Virus record (IMG/VR): IMGVR_UViG_3300037337_000110
Span: 1-63,953 of that record
Origin: a virus
Taxonomy: Duplodnaviria > Caudoviricetes
Length of the DNA stretch: 63,953 nt
Direction: 5' to 3' (one strand)
Shown: positions 28,501 through 38,093 of the stretch, piece after piece
Layout of the letters: every line of letters begins with the position of its first letter
Position numbering within the stretch: position 1 is the first letter of the stretch
Notes under the pieces: generated by a model
Database searches by the model: none
Told to the model about the DNA's origin: nothing
The model's input: the letters and a program-made list of their open reading frames with translations, nothing else
Translations under genes and position numbers: made by a program

Positions 28501-28945
28501 GGTGGTGTTTGACACCCCGAGCTGGAAGGAAGAGCGCGCTGGCAAGATGCTGGAGGGTGATGCTGCCGAGGTGGTCAAGGCCGCCCTGCGCGGGGTCGGG
28601 CTCAACGCAGCTAACGGCTACTACACCGCGCTTGTGAAGTCGGTCAAGCCCAAGGAACAAAAGCAACTGAGCAACGAGCAGATCAACGGCTGCTCCAAGT
28701 TTCTCACCCAAGAGATCGACATCCTGAAACCGCCCATCATCATAGCAATGGGCTCAAATGCGGTGCGCTGGTTTAGCCCAGGCACCAAGGGCACTCCCAG
28801 CGACCTGGCTGGGAAAGTGATCTACCGTGCGGACCTGGACGCATCGGTGATCTTTGGGATAAACCCAGGCGCACTCTTTCATGACCCTAGCAAGGTCAAG
28901 CTGATTGAGGCGGCATTCGACAAACTTGGCCAACTTCTGGTCTGA
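25571..28945 (+). CDS. dnaE: DNA polymerase III alpha subunit with C-terminal UDG-like domain
   Basis: GPGRGS..GSLVAY..GIT..DP, FERF.NP.R...PDADLDF, HAAG, KIDVLGL, YQEQ, YAFNKSH. Confidence 0.95.
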   Translation: MTTTTPINPLGVALSVRSDFSLGESSFQIDRIIKLAKEQGYSHVAVADLMTVSGIPTFTQKCHKAGLVPIAGVTLHIVDKPTEKLKDKVNNPYRLKLYPKSDLGMRSIFAALTKSLTVENFYYNARLGLSDVCALQDVVVTSGDLRSLWHHPDAKKISDRLTVTFGDDYMVELVALDTPLFDRTNTLALEHRGMQKTIITRPAMYASAGDADATDVLRAITTNTPLSSAWLPRPFLRDLYLMSPAGMVKHFSAVAARVPGAPIKQSVINIAEMASRCRYAFKKLAPSMPKMAENEFMALAKACAVGWQERFAREVWGHKPDANELATTYKKRLRFELDVLKKMSFSGYFLLVQDIVQWSKTNGILVGPGRGSVGGSLVAYLMGITDVDPIRFDLLFERFINPDRTDLPDADLDFMSARRHEVVSYIIEKYGRENVSGIVNFSTLGAASALRDTARMHGLLPWEYACSKQMEKEHGVSLSLTESADAVPDIDKFRNDHPSIWDHALRLEGANRSLSQHAAGVVVAGEPVLNRAVVSARDAKALPVAQWDKSKVEDFGLIKIDVLGLNTLDLIGVALNYIKERHFKTIDILSLPLNDKRVLKAFGNGDTTGVFQFTGGGMKSLLKQMAMGGSLTFDDICAATALFRPGPLDAGLCDRYVQVKQGASKPYYEHPALEECLGDTFGVITYQEQVMAITRKLCGFSPGDADGVRKAIGKKDAVKMAEYAERFVEGAVKSGMEKSRSELLWDTILGFAGYAFNKSHSVEYSLISWVTMWLKVYYPAEFYAAAMTVIDNDDQLTNLVGDAQGKKLKVLPPDLNKSSNRIEIEGEDVLYAPFQAVKGISSNVSAALVKLRKAVGGKFKVGASGEVVALDAEVQKKVLGRKVITSAAITGLEQVGAFHSVNGVGPTPTHPGRLKARIELMPGFTSDMVKPDRELAVDGLASIKITNMVREMAQCEGCSLKGAPHPTPRMGSKPKFMVVFDTPSWKEERAGKMLEGDAAEVVKAALRGVGLNAANGYYTALVKSVKPKEQKQLSNEQINGCSKFLTQEIDILKPPIIIAMGSNAVRWFSPGTKGTPSDLAGKVIYRADLDASVIFGINPGALFHDPSKVKLIEAAFDKLGQLLV

Positions 28946-28953
28946 AAGAAAAC

Positions 28954-29454
28954 ATGGCAACCGAAGACACCACTTTGATCAAATTCATCGACTCTGAACA
29001 GGTGAAGCAAGACCTCATCTTTGACATCGCCGACATCAATGGGGCGATGCAAAAGCATGCGGCCATGTACGTTCACTATGCCGGCGTGAGCGTGCGCGCT
29101 CGCACCCAGTGGGACGTGTGGAAGCAACGTCTGGAAATTCTGGAGGGGCAGCTCGACGGCATCTACCGCACTGCGCTGAAGGAAGAAAACCCCAAGACAA
29201 CCGAATCGCAGATTCGCTCGGCTGTGGTCAACGACGAGAAGTGGAAGCTCTATTCCAGCCGCGTGATCGGCTCCAATACCCAGTTCCGTCTGGCTGAAGG
29301 TGTCGAGCGCAGCTTTGAGCACCGCAAGGACATGCTGCTGCAAGTGGCTCGCAACTTGGCCCGGGAGCAAGAGGGGCCGATGCGCGTGATGGCAAATCAG
29401 AACGCTGGCGATGCGCGTCAGCGGCTGCTTGATTCAATGTCGAAGGGGGCGTGA
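28954..29454 (+). CDS. UvsY-like recombination mediator (putative)
   Basis: helical protein with K.TE..I...V and F..RKDML; sits beside SSB/RecA. Confidence 0.5.
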   Translation: MATEDTTLIKFIDSEQVKQDLIFDIADINGAMQKHAAMYVHYAGVSVRARTQWDVWKQRLEILEGQLDGIYRTALKEENPKTTESQIRSAVVNDEKWKLYSSRVIGSNTQFRLAEGVERSFEHRKDMLLQVARNLAREQEGPMRVMANQNAGDARQRLLDSMSKGA

Positions 29455-29580
29455 AAAGCAGAAGTTGCCTGTCTATAAATCAGTCAAGATTGACTTACTT
29501 TCCCCTATAATCAATGGGTGGTTGAAAAGTTTTCGATCACTCTAAAAACCTCAAAACTGTCACTCTAAAGGAACAACTAA

Positions 29581-30573
29581 ATGTCTGCACTTCTCGCACT
29601 TTTGCACAAGAAAAAACAAGATATGGCCGCATCCCGCAAGGGCTACACGGCTAAGGTTCCCTCGGGCAGCTCGCGCTGGCGGATCATGCCCTCGTGGCGC
29701 GGTAGCGCGGATCAGCCTTTCTGGCATGACTTCGGGCAGCACTTCATCAAAGATTCGTCGGGCACCATTTTGGCGATCTACATGTGCGTGGACAAAACCT
29801 TCGGCAAACCCTGCGATGTCTGTGACGCTATCAAGCAAGGCATGAACGGCGCAACCGACGAATTGACCATGAAGGTGCTGAAAGATGCCAAGGGCGGCAG
29901 CAAGGTGCTGGTCAACGCTCTTCACCTGGACAGTCAAGACCCCGGCAAGGTTCAAATTGTCGAACTGCCACCAAGCGTCTTTGACCAGTTCATCGCGATT
30001 GCCTCTGAGTGGGAAGAGGCGGGCGAGACGGTGTTCGGTGCATCGGGCAAGGACATCATCATCAACCGCAGTGGCGATGGTCTGAATACCAAGTACACCG
30101 TGCAAGTGGCGGCAAAGACAACCTCTGTACCAGCTAGCGTCGAGGGCAAGCTCAACAACCTGGACGAGTACGTCGCTCAGGAGTCGAGCGAGTTGCATTC
30201 GCGCGCCTTGAACTCGGTGCGCTCTGTCTCGGGTCTGCTCCCGGCACCGACACAACACGGTGGTGGTCTGCCCCTGGCGGCCCGCTCTGCCATGTTGCTC
30301 GAAGAAGAGCCGGCAATGACCGTCATTGCGTCACCGCCCAAGCGCACCGCACCGACTGCTGCCCCCGCTGTCTTCGACTTCGAGGATGTGCCTGACCTGG
30401 CTGCTGCAAAGCCACCAGTGCGGGGCGCTGCGCCGACTGCACCGTGGGGAGACGAAGCTGCTGTCGCACCTGCCTCCCGTGCAGCTGCCCCTGCTGCCCC
30501 TGCTGCCCCTGCTGCCCCTGCTGCATCAACAGGTGATGCTGAGCTGGACGAGTTGCTGAACCAGTTGGGCTAA
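29581..30573 (+). CDS. gp32-like single-stranded DNA-binding protein
   Basis: RIMP, H, C...GKPCDVC, G.DIII.R.G.GL.TKY; Ala/Pro linker (GCTGCCCCT x4) and acidic tail. Confidence 0.75.
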   Translation: MSALLALLHKKKQDMAASRKGYTAKVPSGSSRWRIMPSWRGSADQPFWHDFGQHFIKDSSGTILAIYMCVDKTFGKPCDVCDAIKQGMNGATDELTMKVLKDAKGGSKVLVNALHLDSQDPGKVQIVELPPSVFDQFIAIASEWEEAGETVFGASGKDIIINRSGDGLNTKYTVQVAAKTTSVPASVEGKLNNLDEYVAQESSELHSRALNSVRSVSGLLPAPTQHGGGLPLAARSAMLLEEEPAMTVIASPPKRTAPTAAPAVFDFEDVPDLAAAKPPVRGAAPTAPWGDEAAVAPASRAAAPAAPAAPAAPAASTGDAELDELLNQLG

Positions 30574-30590
30574 GTCAGAAGCTGGTTAAC

Positions 30591-30618
30591 AAGGGGCGGC
30601 AAGGGCTGCCCCTTTTTT
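30591..30618 (+). terminator. intrinsic terminator
   Basis: AAGGGGCGGC-aagg-GCTGCCCC-T6. Confidence 0.7.
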
Positions 30619-30628
30619 CTGAGCAGGT

Positions 30629-31576
30629 ATGAAAAAACACATCTTTTTGGTTGACGGCAACTCGCTTGCGCACGCAAATCACAATGCCAATGTTCTGACC
30701 GTGGGTGACATGCAAGTGCAGGCTATCTACGGCATGTTGCGCTCGCTGCACGCCCTGGTCAAAGCGCCGGGCAACCACGAAATCATTGTTCTGTGGGACG
30801 GGCGCGCGCAGTGGCGTCTGGACATCTACCCCGAGTACAAGGGCAACCGCACGCCGCTGGATGCAGAGGGCATTGCAAAGAAAGAAGCCTTCAAGCGACA
30901 GACCCCCTTCATCGAGAAGGCGCTGGAACTCTTGGGCATCAAACAGATTCGCTCGCCCTTGCTGGAAGCTGACGACCTGGCTGGCTACTTAGCCCGCGCG
31001 CTGTCTGCCAGGGGCTTTCGGGTCACGCTGGTCTCGGGCGACAAAGACTGGATCGCCCTGGTGGATCAAAACGTCACATGGTTTGACCCGATTCGGGACC
31101 GCACAGTGGACCTGACCAACCTGCTGGAGCGCACTGGCTACTACACCACCGAGGCGTTCGTACAGGGCAAGGCTCTGGTAAGCGATGTCTCCGACAACAT
31201 CCCAGGCATCCCAGGCATGGGTGACAAGGGCAGCGCACTGTTCTTGGCCAAGTGGCAAGACGTGAACGAGTTCTTTCACCAGGTCGATGCTGGCGAATAC
31301 ACCCCAGCGGCGCGCAAAGACAAAAAGGCAAAAAGTCTTCACCCCGAGCAAGTTCTGGCCAGCCCAGAGGGCAGGGCGATCTTTCACCGCAACGTGCAGC
31401 TGATGGACTTGCGCAAGTCACGTCGACCCGAGCCGGGCGAGGTTGTCATCAGACAGCCCGCACCCAACGCGGCGGGATTTCTGCAACTGTGTCAGCGCCT
31501 TGCGTTCGCCTCGATCGTGCGAACCGCAGTGCCCTTTCTCAGCGCATTCGGAATCTCGCACACCCCACAGGCATGA
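30629..31576 (+). CDS. 5'-3' exonuclease / flap endonuclease
   Basis: VDGNS, WDG...R..YPEYKGNR, EADD, SGDKD, D.SDNIPGIPG.G.K. Confidence 0.92.
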   Translation: MKKHIFLVDGNSLAHANHNANVLTVGDMQVQAIYGMLRSLHALVKAPGNHEIIVLWDGRAQWRLDIYPEYKGNRTPLDAEGIAKKEAFKRQTPFIEKALELLGIKQIRSPLLEADDLAGYLARALSARGFRVTLVSGDKDWIALVDQNVTWFDPIRDRTVDLTNLLERTGYYTTEAFVQGKALVSDVSDNIPGIPGMGDKGSALFLAKWQDVNEFFHQVDAGEYTPAARKDKKAKSLHPEQVLASPEGRAIFHRNVQLMDLRKSRRPEPGEVVIRQPAPNAAGFLQLCQRLAFASIVRTAVPFLSAFGISHTPQA

Positions 31577-31639
31577 CCTGTAAACCGGGCCAGCGCATTC
31601 GCACTGAGCCCACCACAACCCTGAAACTGAAAGCAAAAA

Positions 31640-32665
31640 ATGACATTTGATATTGACAAACTGAGCAAAGAACTTCTTGACGCCGTGGGCGAGAACAGCG
31701 GCACCACCGAGCCCAACCTGTGGCTGGACATGGGCTACATGCCCTTGAACAAAATCATCAGTGGTGATCCCACCCGCGGCTTCCCGGGCGGGCGCATCAT
31801 CGAGGTGGCTGGCCCCAGCGCATCGGGCAAAACGCTGTTGGCTACGATGGCGATGATTGCGGCCCAGCGCGCTGGTGGCATCGCGATCTTCATCGACTGG
31901 GAGTGCGCCTTCAACCAAAGTTTTGCGGAGCAGCTGGGTCTGAACGGCGAGTTCCCGCACTTTCTCTACAAGCGTGCCGAGACGTGGGAGTCGGGCAACA
32001 CCTACGCGATGCAGGCTGCAGAGGCGCTGCGCAAGAAAAAGTTGATCCCCGAAAAGGCCCCGATCGTGGTGGTCTTCGATTCGATTGCGGCGGCCGTGCC
32101 CAAGTCAATGATGTACGACTCCAAGGGGGTACGTCGAGGCATCGACGAATACACGATGAACGACACCACTGCGCTGGCGCGCGCCACGTCGACCACGCTG
32201 AAGTCTATCAACCAGTACGTCGGTGAGTTCAACGCCACCGCAATCTACTTGAATCAGATTCGCACCAAGCCAGGCGTGGTCTATGGTGACCCGCGCACCA
32301 CTCCGGGCGGCGGCTCAATGGAGTTCTACGCTTCGACCCGTCTGTTCACCGGGCGCAAGAAGATCATGGCAACCGTGGCCGGCGAGAAGGAGTTCATGGG
32401 CTCGATCATCGGCATGGAGACGGTGAAGAACAAGCTGACCCGGCCGTTCCAGAATGTCGATCTGCGCTTGATGTACGACGCCGAGGGGCGCGCGGTGTTT
32501 GACTTCACCACAGGCTACATCGAAGAGCTGTGCGCGATGGGCAAACTCGAAGACAAGGCCGGGCGCGTGACGTGGGAAGGCAAGACGTACTTCAAAAGCG
32601 TGCTGGCCAAGAAGATCGACGACGAAGGCGCTTTGCCCGAGCTGGCAAAGATGTACCTGGCGTGA
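31640..32665 (+). CDS. recA: RecA/UvsX recombinase
   Basis: GFPGGRIIE..GPSASGKT, FIDWE, DSIAA, NQIR.K.GV.YGDP.TTPGG..FYAS. Confidence 0.93.
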   Translation: MTFDIDKLSKELLDAVGENSGTTEPNLWLDMGYMPLNKIISGDPTRGFPGGRIIEVAGPSASGKTLLATMAMIAAQRAGGIAIFIDWECAFNQSFAEQLGLNGEFPHFLYKRAETWESGNTYAMQAAEALRKKKLIPEKAPIVVVFDSIAAAVPKSMMYDSKGVRRGIDEYTMNDTTALARATSTTLKSINQYVGEFNATAIYLNQIRTKPGVVYGDPRTTPGGGSMEFYASTRLFTGRKKIMATVAGEKEFMGSIIGMETVKNKLTRPFQNVDLRLMYDAEGRAVFDFTTGYIEELCAMGKLEDKAGRVTWEGKTYFKSVLAKKIDDEGALPELAKMYLA

Positions 32666-32697
32666 TTTGGGGCCTTCGGGCTCCCTATCATGGGTGT

Positions 32698-33042
32698 ATG
32701 CAAATAAAATTTTCATACCCCATTCGGGGCCTCGAAGGCTCTTTTGTCACCTTTCGTCTGGGTGCCCGCGCTGCTGCAACCTTGCAGCCCGGGACCGAGG
32801 TGGAGCTGGTCAACTCCCGCACGGGAAAGCTGCTCAAGCTCGCCACTGTGACGCAGACCTTCACCGGTCAGCTCAATCAGATGGCGAGCTTGCACGCGCA
32901 CCAAGCTCACAACTGGAAGACCCACCCCGAGGCCGAGCGCCCCGGGTTGCTGATCGCGTCCATGATCAAGCGCTACCCTCCTGGTCGCTGCGTTGACACT
33001 TCAATTGTCAGCGTGATTTGTCTAACAGAGAGAACCCCATGA
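32698..33042 (+). CDS. hypothetical protein (ASCH/PUA-like?)
   Basis: F.TFRLG...L.PG..V.L pattern. Confidence 0.45.
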   Translation: MQIKFSYPIRGLEGSFVTFRLGARAAATLQPGTEVELVNSRTGKLLKLATVTQTFTGQLNQMASLHAHQAHNWKTHPEAERPGLLIASMIKRYPPGRCVDTSIVSVICLTERTP

Positions 33043-33433
33043 GCACCAACACCCCATCCACATTTCAAGACCCCTGCCCAGGCTGTCTGCCTGGTGGCTT
33101 CTGTCGCACGTCATCGTGCGGTCGCCTGAAGCTCAAGCATGCAAGCAAGGCTGTCACTCACCCCCCTGCTTTCGTCAGTCATGGGTGACAAGCGCCCGGT
33201 TCGTCCACTGACGGAACATCAGGTTGACGAGCTTATCGACACCCTGACCCGCATTGCAGCCACCAATGGCGACAAGACGCATGTCAAAGCGCTTCAGTAT
33301 CTGGGCATGGCCAACATCGCAGCTGCCACCTTTGACCCAACACAGATCAAAAAATGATACTCACTGACGAAGAATTAAACGCTGTTCTGGACGCGACCGC
33401 CGAAGACGATTACGCAATTGCGCCCTCGCCGCC

Positions 33434-33925
33434 ATGAGCGAGACCAAGGTGGGTGACGCCAAGGTCGACGGGCTCACCCGGGTGCGCAAGGTTCGGCGCA
33501 ACCGCAAAGACTACGGTGAGATCAGGCACTACCCAGGCAAGGTCACCGTCTACTGGACCAAGCGCCGTCTGGACGAGTACCACAGGCTCACCCTGGGCTG
33601 GCTGATCGAGGTCGACACCGTGGCGGCCGTCAAGCTCTACAGCGTGACCCACATCGGCCTGCTGGTCGAGGGTGGCGCCAAGTTGCTGCTGCCCATCACG
33701 GCGCTCAGCTTTGACGCCCTCAAGGCGGGCTCGGTCGAGCGCAAGCTCTCCAACACCTATGTTGACCCCTGGGGTCGGCGCGGGGCGACCTGCTGGCACA
33801 TCCCCGAAAGGCTGTTTGCAAAGGTCGAGCCCGACCTCCACGAGCAGACTGAGAACATGCTGACTCGCATGCACGTCAAGCGAGACCGCAGTAAGAAAAC
33901 CCCACAGGAGATTTTGAATGTCTGA
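33434..33925 (+). CDS. hypothetical protein
   Basis: clean ORF with phage-typical codon usage. Confidence 0.65.
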   Translation: MSETKVGDAKVDGLTRVRKVRRNRKDYGEIRHYPGKVTVYWTKRRLDEYHRLTLGWLIEVDTVAAVKLYSVTHIGLLVEGGAKLLLPITALSFDALKAGSVERKLSNTYVDPWGRRGATCWHIPERLFAKVEPDLHEQTENMLTRMHVKRDRSKKTPQEILNV

Positions 33926-34238
33926 GACACTTACCCAAACCCATCACTTTGCCTTCTTTTACAACCCGTCCAAGAAAAAGCGCCCGCCGTGTTGCGAGGT
34001 CAAGGAGCTTGCGAGCAGATTTGGTGTGAGCCCGGGTCAGCTTCACAGTGCCATTCGCAACGCAAAGTCACCATTCCCTGAGCCTACCATTGTGATGGGC
34101 GCGCGCAAGTGGTACAGCATCGACGCCGTTACGAGCTGGTGGAATGAAGTGGGCTGCGCCGAGGTCGCTCGCGCAGCAAGCAGGGTCAAGTACGAGCCGC
34201 GTCATCGCATGAATGTCGCAGAGGTAACTCAGTCCTGA
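33918..34238 (+). CDS. AlpA/excisionase-like HTH protein
   Basis: VKELASRFGVS......FPEP......W....V..W. Confidence 0.6.
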   Translation: MSETLTQTHHFAFFYNPSKKKRPPCCEVKELASRFGVSPGQLHSAIRNAKSPFPEPTIVMGARKWYSIDAVTSWWNEVGCAEVARAASRVKYEPRHRMNVAEVTQS

Positions 34239-34244
34239 CTAACT

Positions 34245-34571
34245 TTGGGACAATGGGTTATGAACACACAAGACAACACCCCTCAGACCCTCGCGCTCGT
34301 CGTGACCTTTCGGCCCATGCCTGAGAGCAACGGGAAAGTGAACTGGACGGTTCAACTGGTTCGGGCAAAACCTGCTGGCCCCATCGAGAGTACCTTGTCG
34401 AGCGTCTGCTTTCACCGAGGGGAGAATTACCAGATCGCCCGGTACGCTGCGGACTGCCTGCGTTTCACAATCGGACACTTGTTGAGCAAGCCGAGCATTC
34501 TGGAGTACGACGACAAAGACCTCACAGTGCCGGCCGAGTTTCGTGAACAGCTGGCCGGGGTAGGGCGATGA
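34245..34571 (+). CDS. hypothetical protein
   Basis: ORF with ATGA overlap; start uncertain (ATG 34260 possible). Confidence 0.5.
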   Translation: MGQWVMNTQDNTPQTLALVVTFRPMPESNGKVNWTVQLVRAKPAGPIESTLSSVCFHRGENYQIARYAADCLRFTIGHLLSKPSILEYDDKDLTVPAEFREQLAGVGR

Positions 34572-34999
34572 TCGTCAATGCCGCTCTCATTTGCTTGGCA
34601 CTCAATGTCTATCACGAGGCCCGATCCGAAATCATCCCGGGTCAGTACGCGGTGGCCCTCGTCACCATGAACCGCGCCAAGTCAGACGACCGCGTGTGTC
34701 ACGAAACCTTTCGTCACAAGCAGTTCAGCTGGACAGTCGGCACCACGCGCGTTGAGGCGGGCTGGTTGCTGCCCCAGCACCTTCGACCCAACCTGGACAA
34801 CCCGATCGAGAAACATGCTTGGGTGCGTGCCAAGCGCATCGCAGCGGTAACGCTTTCGGGCCAGATGGGTGACCTCACCAAGGGTGCTGACCACTACCAC
34901 GCCACCTATGTCAGACCCAGCTGGGCCAGGCGCATGGACCGAGCGATTCAGATCGGCCAGCACATCTTCTACGTGCCCAAGCAACGCAGCCAACCGTAA
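34568..34999 (+). CDS. SleB-like cell wall hydrolase
   Basis: CLALNVYHEARSE, QFSW, GADHYHATYVRPSW, IGQHIFY. Confidence 0.9.
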   Translation: MIVNAALICLALNVYHEARSEIIPGQYAVALVTMNRAKSDDRVCHETFRHKQFSWTVGTTRVEAGWLLPQHLRPNLDNPIEKHAWVRAKRIAAVTLSGQMGDLTKGADHYHATYVRPSWARRMDRAIQIGQHIFYVPKQRSQP

Positions 35000-35063
35000 C
35001 TCACTGCTGACTCTCTACAATCAACCCATGCCCCAAGCGGGCATCATTTTTAGAAACCACCTT

Positions 35064-36131
35064 ATGACCAAACCCTACGCACTGCTTGCTGACCTGCACC
35101 TGCACCGCTGGCACGCCTTCGCAACCGACTTGCCCAACGGCATGAACTCCCGGCTTCAGGGTCTGCTTGATGAAATCTGGCGCGCTGGCGAAGAGGTCAA
35201 GATCGCCGGTGGCAATACGCTGGTCTTCGCGGGGGATGTGTTTCATGTGCGCGGCTCTGTTGCGCCGTCGGTGCTGAACCCGGTCAACGACCTGCTGCAC
35301 AAAATGCACCTGGAGCTTGGCACCAAGTTCGTGGTGCTCCCGGGCAACCACGACCTTGAGGGCAAAGAGACGACCCGCCTGGGCAGTGCCGTAACAGCCA
35401 TGCAGCGCGACTGGGTGCGTGTCATCAACGACACGCAATACGTGTCTGAGCTGGGCGCGCACCTCATTCCCTGGCACGAAAAGACCTCCGACCTGAAGGC
35501 AACGCTCGAAGGCATCCCAGAGCCCGAGCGCGCCGATGCAATCATTCACGCACCCATTGACGGCGTGATTGCTGGGCTCCCCCTGCACGGTCTGGACCCG
35601 GTGTACCTGGCATCGCTGGGCTACCGCCTGATCTTCTCGGGCCACTACCACAACCACAAGGTCTTCGACGGCGGTGTGGTGTCGATCGGGGCGCTGGCCC
35701 ACCACACCTGGAGCGACATCAACAGTCGCGCCGGGTTTCTGATCGTGCAAGACGGCCAGTTCATCTGGCGCAAGAGCCGTCTGCCCGAGTTCGTGGACCT
35801 CACCAAGCTGGCGAGCTACGACCCCGATGACATCCCGGGCCTGGTGGACCAAAACTTCGTGCGCGTGCGGGTCGAGGCAACCAAGAGCAAAGAGGTCGAA
35901 GAGGCGCGTCAAGAGCTTCTGGACATGGGCGCGCGCGCGGTGCTGGTCGAAGCGATGCCCAAGGCATCGGCGGCTGCTACCCGGGTGGGCGCAACCGTGA
36001 AGTCAGGCGCGTCGCTTGAGCAGTCGGTCAAGGACTTTGTCACCGCCGTGCCCGGGCTCACCCCCGCCCAAGCCAACGCAGTTGCAACCGAGGCGATGAG
36101 CGTCCTGGGTTCTGTGCTGACACTCGACTGA
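35064..36131 (+). CDS. sbcD: SbcD/Mre11-like nuclease
   Basis: DLH, GDVFH, GNHD, SGHYH; upstream of an SMC ATPase. Confidence 0.88.
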   Translation: MTKPYALLADLHLHRWHAFATDLPNGMNSRLQGLLDEIWRAGEEVKIAGGNTLVFAGDVFHVRGSVAPSVLNPVNDLLHKMHLELGTKFVVLPGNHDLEGKETTRLGSAVTAMQRDWVRVINDTQYVSELGAHLIPWHEKTSDLKATLEGIPEPERADAIIHAPIDGVIAGLPLHGLDPVYLASLGYRLIFSGHYHNHKVFDGGVVSIGALAHHTWSDINSRAGFLIVQDGQFIWRKSRLPEFVDLTKLASYDPDDIPGLVDQNFVRVRVEATKSKEVEEARQELLDMGARAVLVEAMPKASAAATRVGATVKSGASLEQSVKDFVTAVPGLTPAQANAVATEAMSVLGSVLTLD

Positions 36132-36146
36132 ACACGAAAGAACACC

Positions 36147-38093
36147 ATGAAATTCACCGGTCTGAACATCGACAACTTTCTTGCCATTCAAACCGCCAGT
36201 CTTCAGCTGGCAGACCGAGGGCTCAACGTCATTCAGGGCGTCAACGACAGCGACAGCTCGGCGAGCTCCAACGGTGCGGGCAAGTCCAGCATCGTTGATG
36301 CGCTGTGCTGGTGCCTGTACGGCGTCACAGCGCGCGAGGTGAAGGGCGACGCGGTGGTGAACCGCACCGCCAAGAAGAACACCCGGGTGCAAGTCACTAT
36401 GGTCAACGGCGATACCGAGTACCGCGTTGTGCGCCACCGCAAGCACTCAGAACACAAGAATGCGCTGTGCTTTTTTGCGGCGAGTTCTTCATCTTGTGCT
36501 TCGCTTACCGATCTGTCTAAGGGCACCGATGCCGAGACGCAGAAGGAGGTCGAGCGCGTGCTGGGTTGCACCGTCGAGGTCTTCTTGGCTGCGATCTACG
36601 CTGGCCAGGAAATCATGCCCGACCTGCCCAAGATGACCGACCGCGAACTCAAAAGTCTGATCGAAGAGGCGGCCGGCATGCGCCGCATCGAGGCAGCTTA
36701 TGAAGAGGCGAGGGCGCGTCGCACCCAGGCCACAGCCGATGTCACCCGGGCGTATGACCGCATCGAGAACGTCAAGAGCCGCCTGGTGCGCGATGAGTCC
36801 TCGCTGCTGAGCAAGACCCAAGACTTCGACGAGTGGGCCACCCAGCGCGCGGTGCGCGTGGGCACTGCTGAAGAGAAGGTCAACGACGATCAAGGCACCC
36901 TGAATGCCCTCACCGCGGCCCTGATTGCGCGTCACCCTGAACACACAGCGCGGCAAGCCCGCACGAAAGAGCTGGATGATGCTCTGTTGGCCTACTCGAA
37001 GGTCGAAGCAGTGGCCCGGACCGCCGAGCTCACGGCAAGCACAGCAGAGCGCGCCATCAACCGCGCGCTGCTGACATCGACTCGCGAAACCGTGGCGACC
37101 ATCGAAGCGCAGATCGTCAACGTCGATGAGGCGATGAAAGAGCCGTGCGAGCAGTGCGGCAAGCCACACGACAGCGAAGACCGTGAGCTGTACCTGGACC
37201 ACCGTCAGAAGCGCCTTGATGACGCGAAGGGAAACCTGACCCTGGTTCGCGCGAAAGTGGCTCAACAAGCAAGCGAGGCGCTGCGGCTTCAGAGCCTCGC
37301 TGCCGCTTGGCGCGCGCGTGTGCCCGATGTCACCGCCGTTAACGTCCAGCGGCACCAGCTGAAGACCGAGATGGACAAGTTCGACCAGTTCGTCAAGGGT
37401 TCCCAGGTGGCCAAGACGAACCTGACCGCCGCCAGAACCGCACTTGCCACCCGTCAAAGCGAGGTCAACCCGTTTGAGAGCGTGGTGTCCACGCTGCAAG
37501 GACAGATCGCACGCGACGGTGCCGAGCTGGCTGCCCTGGTGGTGGGTAGCGATGCAGCGCGCGAGAAGCTCGAACTTGCCAACCATGTCGTCAAGGTCTT
37601 CGGCCCGGCCGGCGTGCGCGCGCAGATTCTGGACACCGTGACACCGTTCTTGAACGACCGCACCGGGGATTACCTCTCGGCCCTGACCGATGGGGGTATC
37701 ACCGCCACCTGGAGCACGCTCACCAAGGCCGCATCGGGCGACCTGAAGGAGAAGTTCAGCATCGAGGTCACCAGCGCCACCGGTGGGGAATCATTCTTGT
37801 CCCTGTCGGGTGGGGAGAAGCGCAAGGTGCGCCTGGCCACCGCGCTGGCGCTGCAAGACCTTGTTGCCTCGCGCGCCACGCAATCGATCGACATTTGGAT
37901 TGGGGATGAAGTGGACGATGCGCTTGACCCAGCGGGTCTTGAGCGCCTGATGACCATTCTTGAGCGCAAGGCCCGCGAGCGCGGGACTGTGCTGATCATC
38001 AGCCACAACGACTTGGCCGACTGGTGCGACAACGTCACCACCGTGCGTAAAGTTGGTGGCTACTCACTTTTGGAGGGTTCATTGTGTATCTGA
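36147..38093 (+). CDS. sbcC: SbcC/Rad50-like ATPase
   Basis: NGAGKS, coiled coil with CEQCG hook, LSGGE, DEVDDALD, ISH. Confidence 0.92.
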   Translation: MKFTGLNIDNFLAIQTASLQLADRGLNVIQGVNDSDSSASSNGAGKSSIVDALCWCLYGVTAREVKGDAVVNRTAKKNTRVQVTMVNGDTEYRVVRHRKHSEHKNALCFFAASSSSCASLTDLSKGTDAETQKEVERVLGCTVEVFLAAIYAGQEIMPDLPKMTDRELKSLIEEAAGMRRIEAAYEEARARRTQATADVTRAYDRIENVKSRLVRDESSLLSKTQDFDEWATQRAVRVGTAEEKVNDDQGTLNALTAALIARHPEHTARQARTKELDDALLAYSKVEAVARTAELTASTAERAINRALLTSTRETVATIEAQIVNVDEAMKEPCEQCGKPHDSEDRELYLDHRQKRLDDAKGNLTLVRAKVAQQASEALRLQSLAAAWRARVPDVTAVNVQRHQLKTEMDKFDQFVKGSQVAKTNLTAARTALATRQSEVNPFESVVSTLQGQIARDGAELAALVVGSDAAREKLELANHVVKVFGPAGVRAQILDTVTPFLNDRTGDYLSALTDGGITATWSTLTKAASGDLKEKFSIEVTSATGGESFLSLSGGEKRKVRLATALALQDLVASRATQSIDIWIGDEVDDALDPAGLERLMTILERKARERGTVLIISHNDLADWCDNVTTVRKVGGYSLLEGSLCI

